Part shown: positions 60,413 through 64,000 of the stretch, piece after piece | Layout of the letters: each line of letters begins with the position of its first letter | Numbering within the stretch: the stretch's first letter is position 1 | Origin: Hamiltosporidium tvaerminnensis FI-OER-3-3 | Lineage: Eukaryota > Fungi > Microsporidia | Direction of reading: 5' to 3' | DNA length: 64,000 bases | NCBI GenBank assembly: GCA_022605425.2 | Contig: CM061251.1 | Span: forward strand, 1 to 64,000 | The notes under the pieces: generated by a model | Told to the model about the DNA's origin: nothing | Databases searched by the model: none | What the model saw: the letters and a program-made list of their open reading frames with translations, nothing else | Made by a program: the position numbers and the translations under genes

Positions 60413-63400
60413 TAATTGGTATAACATTCTTTTTGCATATATTACAAAAGTTTTAAATTAATCAGTGTGTATTTTACTGCATAAAAATAGGTCATTGGAT
60501 TTTCTTAAAAAATATAAGGCTATAATTTTATACGACTCTTAATTATGGAAGAAATAAACAAGCAAAATAGCTGAACAAATTCTATAAATAAACCTTTATA
60601 TTAAAACAACTATTTAGTTTTACGGTGACCAAATCATTTATTTTAGAAGATAGAGCCAGTCTCTAGCAAAGATACTTTTCATTTTGGTGACTGCCTCGAG
60701 AAAGGATACGAAACAAAGTATAAAATTCCATAAGACTATTCGGGCAACTGTTTTTATATTCTAAATACAAATCCATAAATAAAAAGATGTTTATATCATA
60801 AACTCACTTCTACAATTTTTTTTTGTATAAGTATAAATTCCTGTAACGCACACTTTTAAAATGAGCTTTGAACTAAATGTTAAACACAAAAATGCACCTA
60901 AAAAATGTAACAAAAATATTTGTAATGTTATTCGTATGATGTGAAACAATCTAAAAATTTTTTAAGGATATTTAGAGCGATTATTTTTTTGAACTAATTA
61001 TACCTTTTAAAGTGTTCCTTCTCCTACTTCTTAACATTTTTATCGATTGTGTAGGATGTATGAACTAATCATAGGAGGCATATTCTCAATAGAAACCCTT
61101 GCATTTGTGCCTTACATTCCGAATCAATTAAACTTAGATGAATTATTTCACGGTGACATTATTTGAAAGTATAAATTATATTGTATTTTAAAATATATTT
61201 TGGGTTTTGCTCATTCAATTTTAGTTTAGAAATAAAAAAACGTTTTTTTCTGTGCATTTTTTGCATTCTTTTAAAAGAACGGGACTGAAAATCAATTCAT
61301 TTAGAAAATATTTCTTATAGTAAAATTAGAATTCTTAAAAGTTATTTGACAAAAAAAATATTTTACAAAAAACAAAAGTGAGAAAATCCCAGTTTTTGGG
61401 TTTAGTATGTGTGCATTTCATTTGTTTTTTGATTCTGATTTAAAATTAATGTACCTTATTGTTTTCATTTTAACTTAGGCGCTGTGCGATAACTCAGTTT
61501 ACAAAGAATTTATTATAATAAAAACTGAAAAATAATCTAAATATATATGAGCTTATTTGGTTTATTTTAGCTTATATTAGTATTAAGAACAAAAAAAATA
61601 TCAAAAAGCTGAAATTGCCTCAAAAAATTAAATTAATACAAAATTTTTTGAATAAGGAAACTATACTTTAATTGAAAAAATATTTAATATTAAATATTCG
61701 AAAAAGATTTTTAAATGAAAACAAAATATCTTTAAAAGCCGAGGATAGATGATTTTTAAAAACAGGTATCTACAAATCAAGAAATATACAAGAGTAGAAA
61801 TACATATGACTTGATTACTGTGCATATCTAGTTTTGATAAATGGTTTTATCTCTAAATTTATACTTTAAGTTTTATGTATCATTGAGATCAAAATATTTA
61901 TAATAATTTGTGATCCTACTAACTGTTTACTTTTGTTTTAGTGTAATAAATAATTATCGATGGTGTCTATTATCAGTCGCGTAATAGGTGATTATTGCAA
62001 ATATTTAAAAGCCACCTCATATCTTTTTTTCGCAATATTTAAATTTTTGCGAATATCAGCATTTATTTGGTGTTATTTGTAAAAAAAAGGTTATTTCCTA
62101 TTGTTATAGTTAATTCTGAAGATTAAAATGTTATAATTATTCGGTGATACAAATTTTTGTTCTAAAAATATATTTGCATTGGAATAATCCAAGTTTTATG
62201 AATAAATAAGCTTTTCGAATAGATTATTCATATATTTAATTAAAAAAATATACTTTCTTTTGCGTTATTAAATTTTTAAGGTATAAGTTATAAGAATAGT
62301 ATATTTTAAAAAGTCGAGATCTGTTGATTGATATAAAAAGTTTTCTCATTAAATTTTCAACCAATTGTATTTGGGTTACAAAATGATATGTATCATTTTA
62401 ATCAGTAAATATTAGGATAATAATTTTATGATTTCGAAAACAGACATGATTATACTTGATGGTATAAAGTCTATTTCTGTTTCGATATCTACAGCTCACA
62501 AATAAATTAAATTAAAGTCTTTAAAAGAATAAAGAGTGTCTATATATACTTTTCTTAAATATATATAAGTTACGATCTTCAAAATGAACAAAAAGTCACA
62601 CTGTATAAGAAATTTTCGAATAGTGAATGCACGAAAATAAAAAATCTCTTAATTAGAACTGATTTGAAAATTGAAATTATTTACTAGAAATATTTACTTG
62701 AATCAGAAGTAAATAAGAAGAAATTTACGGAGGTCGAGAAGGCTTCCCGATTCGATCTGGATCATTTAAACGACAACAAAAGAAAGGTTGATAGGATGGC
62801 AAGTTATTTGTGTCTTATCACTGGATCCAATGCATATATAATTTATTATATGGTTTTTGGGATTAAATAATATTTAAATATCATAGGATAAATTTAGAAA
62901 GCTCGAGATACCATTATAAATTGAGTTATATGTTTAAGGTATAGCACTAAAAAAACAATAAAACCCAATTTTCTGATTGCGAATCAGTTTTGAGTTAAAA
63001 TCAATTTCGATAAGTGTCAGGAAGAAAATCCAGGATGTAAATTAATATAGTAAGCACATGCACGATCGATATATACATTCATCTTATTATACAGAATTAA
63101 TAAAAATACTATATAAGCAAAAACAATAATCAATTAAGTCCAAAAAGTAGTTAAATTGCCGAGACCAAAGCATAATTTCAATAATAGAAAAAGATTCAAA
63201 TTTAAAAGACATAATCAATATATTAAAGAGAATGTAAGCCAAAGAAAAGCAACCTTAGGTATAAAAATAACTCGATTTTAACAAAGATTTGTGTTAATCT
63301 AATAATGATATATCGAGCTTATTTTTTTCAATTATTTTTTAATTTGCATTTAGCTTTATCAGTGTGTATCTCACCATAGAATATTCTTTATTTATATACG

Positions 63401-64000
63401 CAATTCTTTATATGAAAAGTAATTTTTGAGCTACTTCACGAATTTGGCTTATTTCTAAATATTTTAAATAACTTCTTTGATTTTTTGTTATTTATTGAGT
63501 AATATTATGGTTTCTCTCTAGTAGTATTTAGAAATGTTAAATATAGTTTTTATATTTTATTTTTAATTATTATACAAAATATAACAAATGCCATCAAGTA
63601 TATCATTATATATACTTCTATTCTGACTGGTATTAGATGCTTTTGGAATCAAACGGGATAACATGGCTGCGATCTTGTTTTAATTTATTGAATTTTTTGT
63701 TGTTTGAATACAAATTTTATAACAAAGAATCAGTGAATCTGTTAAAAAATTGTATATTCTAAGTTCAAAAATTTTACTGATTGGGCATGCAAATACTGTA
63801 ATTTTTTATTCGATAACCACAATAGTTAATTTATAATTTCAAAAAAATATATTGAACTGTATCTTAGAATTTTGATAGTATTTTTTTATGATGTCACCTC
63901 GGATTTCATTATACCTATAGTGATGATATCTAGACCAAAAAAAACTTATTTGATTTTAAATTTTCTTTCTATCAAGACAATATATGCCTGTCAATAAATT

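Overview
Left chromosome end of a very AT-rich, intron-poor eukaryote. It is most likely a microsporidian: (CCCTAA)n telomere, CCC/GGG motifs just before ATGs, and short, highly divergent housekeeping proteins. The species cannot be determined from the sequence alone. About ten intact host genes (CTL/PNS1-like, SPC25, TAP42-like, TBCA, VPS18-like, NAC-beta-like, Ran, a secreted repeat protein, LisH/LUFS-WD40, a 66-aa SAE2/CtIP and one hypothetical) lie among pseudogenes, minisatellites and decayed retroelements. Two mobile families dominate. (i) An RT + CCHC + restriction-like-endonuclease non-LTR retrotransposon (R4/Dong-like) is present as one near-full disrupted copy and three 3' fragments, two of the four copies with clear target-site duplications (TSDs). 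(ii) A ~720-nt non-coding element is present six times in 64 kb, with a shared 5' start, TSDs on the two best-preserved copies, compensatory base changes and pseudoknotted long-range helices. Family (ii) looks like a structured-RNA, SINE-like retroposon with no tRNA/7SL/5S head that I can recognise, possibly mobilised by family (i). It is the best candidate for an undescribed system. All alignments and folds were done by eye.
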